Positions 62,408-64,000 of a stretch of DNA of 64,000 nucleotides are shown in pieces. The stretch lies in NCBI GenBank assembly GCA_964188305.1, contig OZ076901.1; one strand, written 5' to 3'. The notes under the pieces are model-generated. The model was not told the origin of the DNA. It searched no databases and worked only from the letters and a program-made list of their open reading frames with translations. Within the stretch, counting starts at the first letter, position 1. Each line of letters starts with the position of its first letter. The translations under genes and the position numbers were made by a program. The DNA is from Podarcis bocagei. Its lineage: Eukaryota.

Positions 62408-63092
62408 TGGATAGGTTTGATCTTCTTGCAGTCCATGGGACTCTCAAGAGTCTCCTCCAGCACCATAATTCAAAAGCATCAATTCTTCGGCAATCAGCCT
62501 TCTTTATGGTCCAGCTCTCACTTCCATACATCACTACTGGGAAAACCATAGCTTTAACTATACAGACCTTTGTTGGCAAGGTAATTCTCTGCTTTTTAAG
62601 ATGCTGTTTTGGTTTGTCATTGCTTTTCTCCCAAGAAGCAGGCGTCTTTTAATTTCTTGAGTGCTGTCACCATCTGCAATGATCAGGGAGCCCAAGAAGG
62701 TAAAATCTCTCACTGCCTCCATTTCTTCCCCTTCTATTTGCCAGGAGGTGATGGGACCAGTGGCCATGATCTTAGTTTTTTTGATGTTGAGCTTCAGACC
62801 ATATTTTGGGCTCTCCTCTTTCACCCTCATTAAGAGGTTCTTTAATTCCTCCTCACTTTCTGCCATCAAGGTTGTGTCATCTGCATATCTGAGGTTTTTG
62901 ATATTTCTTCCGGCAATCTTAATTCCGGCTTGGGATTCATCCAGCCCAGCCTTTCGCATGATGAATTCTACATATAAGTTAAATAAGCAGGGAGACAATA
63001 TACAGCCTTTTCTTATTCCTTTCCCAATTTTGAGCCAATCAGTTGTTCCATATCCAGTTCTAACTGTAGCTTCTTGTCCCCCATACAGATTT
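62408..63092 (-). mobile_element. Bov-B LINE reverse-transcriptase fragment
   Basis: SPCLFNLYVEFIMRKAGL...NLRYADDTTLMAESEEELK...NIKKTKIMATGP; frameshifted. Confidence 0.95.
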
Positions 63093-63632
63093 CTGGGGCT
63101 TGAATAACTCAGAGAAGCTATGAGCTATGCTGTGCGGGGCCACCCAAGACGGACAGGTCATAGTGGAGAGTTTTGACTAAACATAATCCACCTGGAGCAG
63201 GAACCAGCAAGCCACTCCAGTATCCCTGCCAAGAAAACTCCATGGACAAAAACAACAGGGATTACTTACAGGGGCAGATAGAGGCAAAGGCATGCCAGCG
63301 TATGTGTGCGGGAAGTGTAAATGACTATCAGACTTTAAAAAGCTGATATCCCTGGAACAAGTTCATCTTTTTCTTTTTGAATTAATTAAACTAAATACTT
63401 CTAATTGGATGTTGAATAAATGTGCAATTAATTGCTGCTGTTTTGAATTCTGTTGCATTATTTTCGTTCTTAGTGGTTTGTGCAAACAACTATTCCAAAT
63501 AATGCTTTTTACAGGGCAGGGGGCACTGGGGATGATTTTATGGAACCAAGGGGACAATGACCTGAAAAAGTTTGGGAACCACTGCTCTATTTTATTATGA
63601 CAACTTTTCTGATGTTGTGGATCTCTTTGAGT

Positions 63633-64000
63633 ATCAATAGGAGTATAGCATCTAGATCAAGGGAAGTAATAGTGCCACTGTATTCTGCTCTAGTCAGACC
63701 TCACCTGGAGTACTGTGTCCAGTTCTGGGCACCACAATTCAAGAAGGACACTGACAAACTGGAACGTGTCCAGAGGAGGGCAACCAAAATGGTCAAAGGC
63801 CTGGAAACGATGCCTTATGAGGAACGGCTAAGGGAGCTGGGCATGTTTAGCCTGGAGAAGAGGAGGTTAAGGGGTGATATGATAGCCATGTTCAAATATA
63901 TAAAAGGATGTCACATAGAGGAGGGAGAAAGGTTGTTTTCTGCTGCTCCAGAGAAGCGGACACGGAGCAATGGATTCAAACTACAAGAAAGAAGATTCCA
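63633..64000 (+). mobile_element. Young CR1 LINE, 5'-truncated ORF2 C-terminus, running off the window
   Basis: Open frame [58 protein letters not shown]...[16 protein letters not shown]. Confidence 0.95.

Overview
Vertebrate genomic DNA from a squamate reptile, most likely a lacertid lizard, judged from abundant Sauria/Squam SINEs and Bov-B, CR1, L2 and L1 LINEs. Bases 1-11 kb hold the last seven coding exons and 3'UTR of APLP2 (+), including a 36-nt alternative micro-exon missed by the ORF track. Bases 13-25.7 kb hold a complete five-coding-exon TMEM45B-like gene (-, about 289 aa), tail-to-tail with APLP2, in which several family-conserved histidines are replaced. A solo LTR sits between the two poly(A) sites. 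I recognise no protein-coding gene in 26-64 kb. That region is a mosaic of often nested transposons and homeobox-motif-rich unique blocks, probably enhancers. Its most striking structure is a young Tc1/mariner-type element inside a hAT MITE (56.6-58.3 kb), carrying 12 tandem 99-bp units that each fold into a near-perfect hairpin. There are two assembly gaps. Human protein sequences, gene order and repeat consensus sequences were compared from memory, not by database search.
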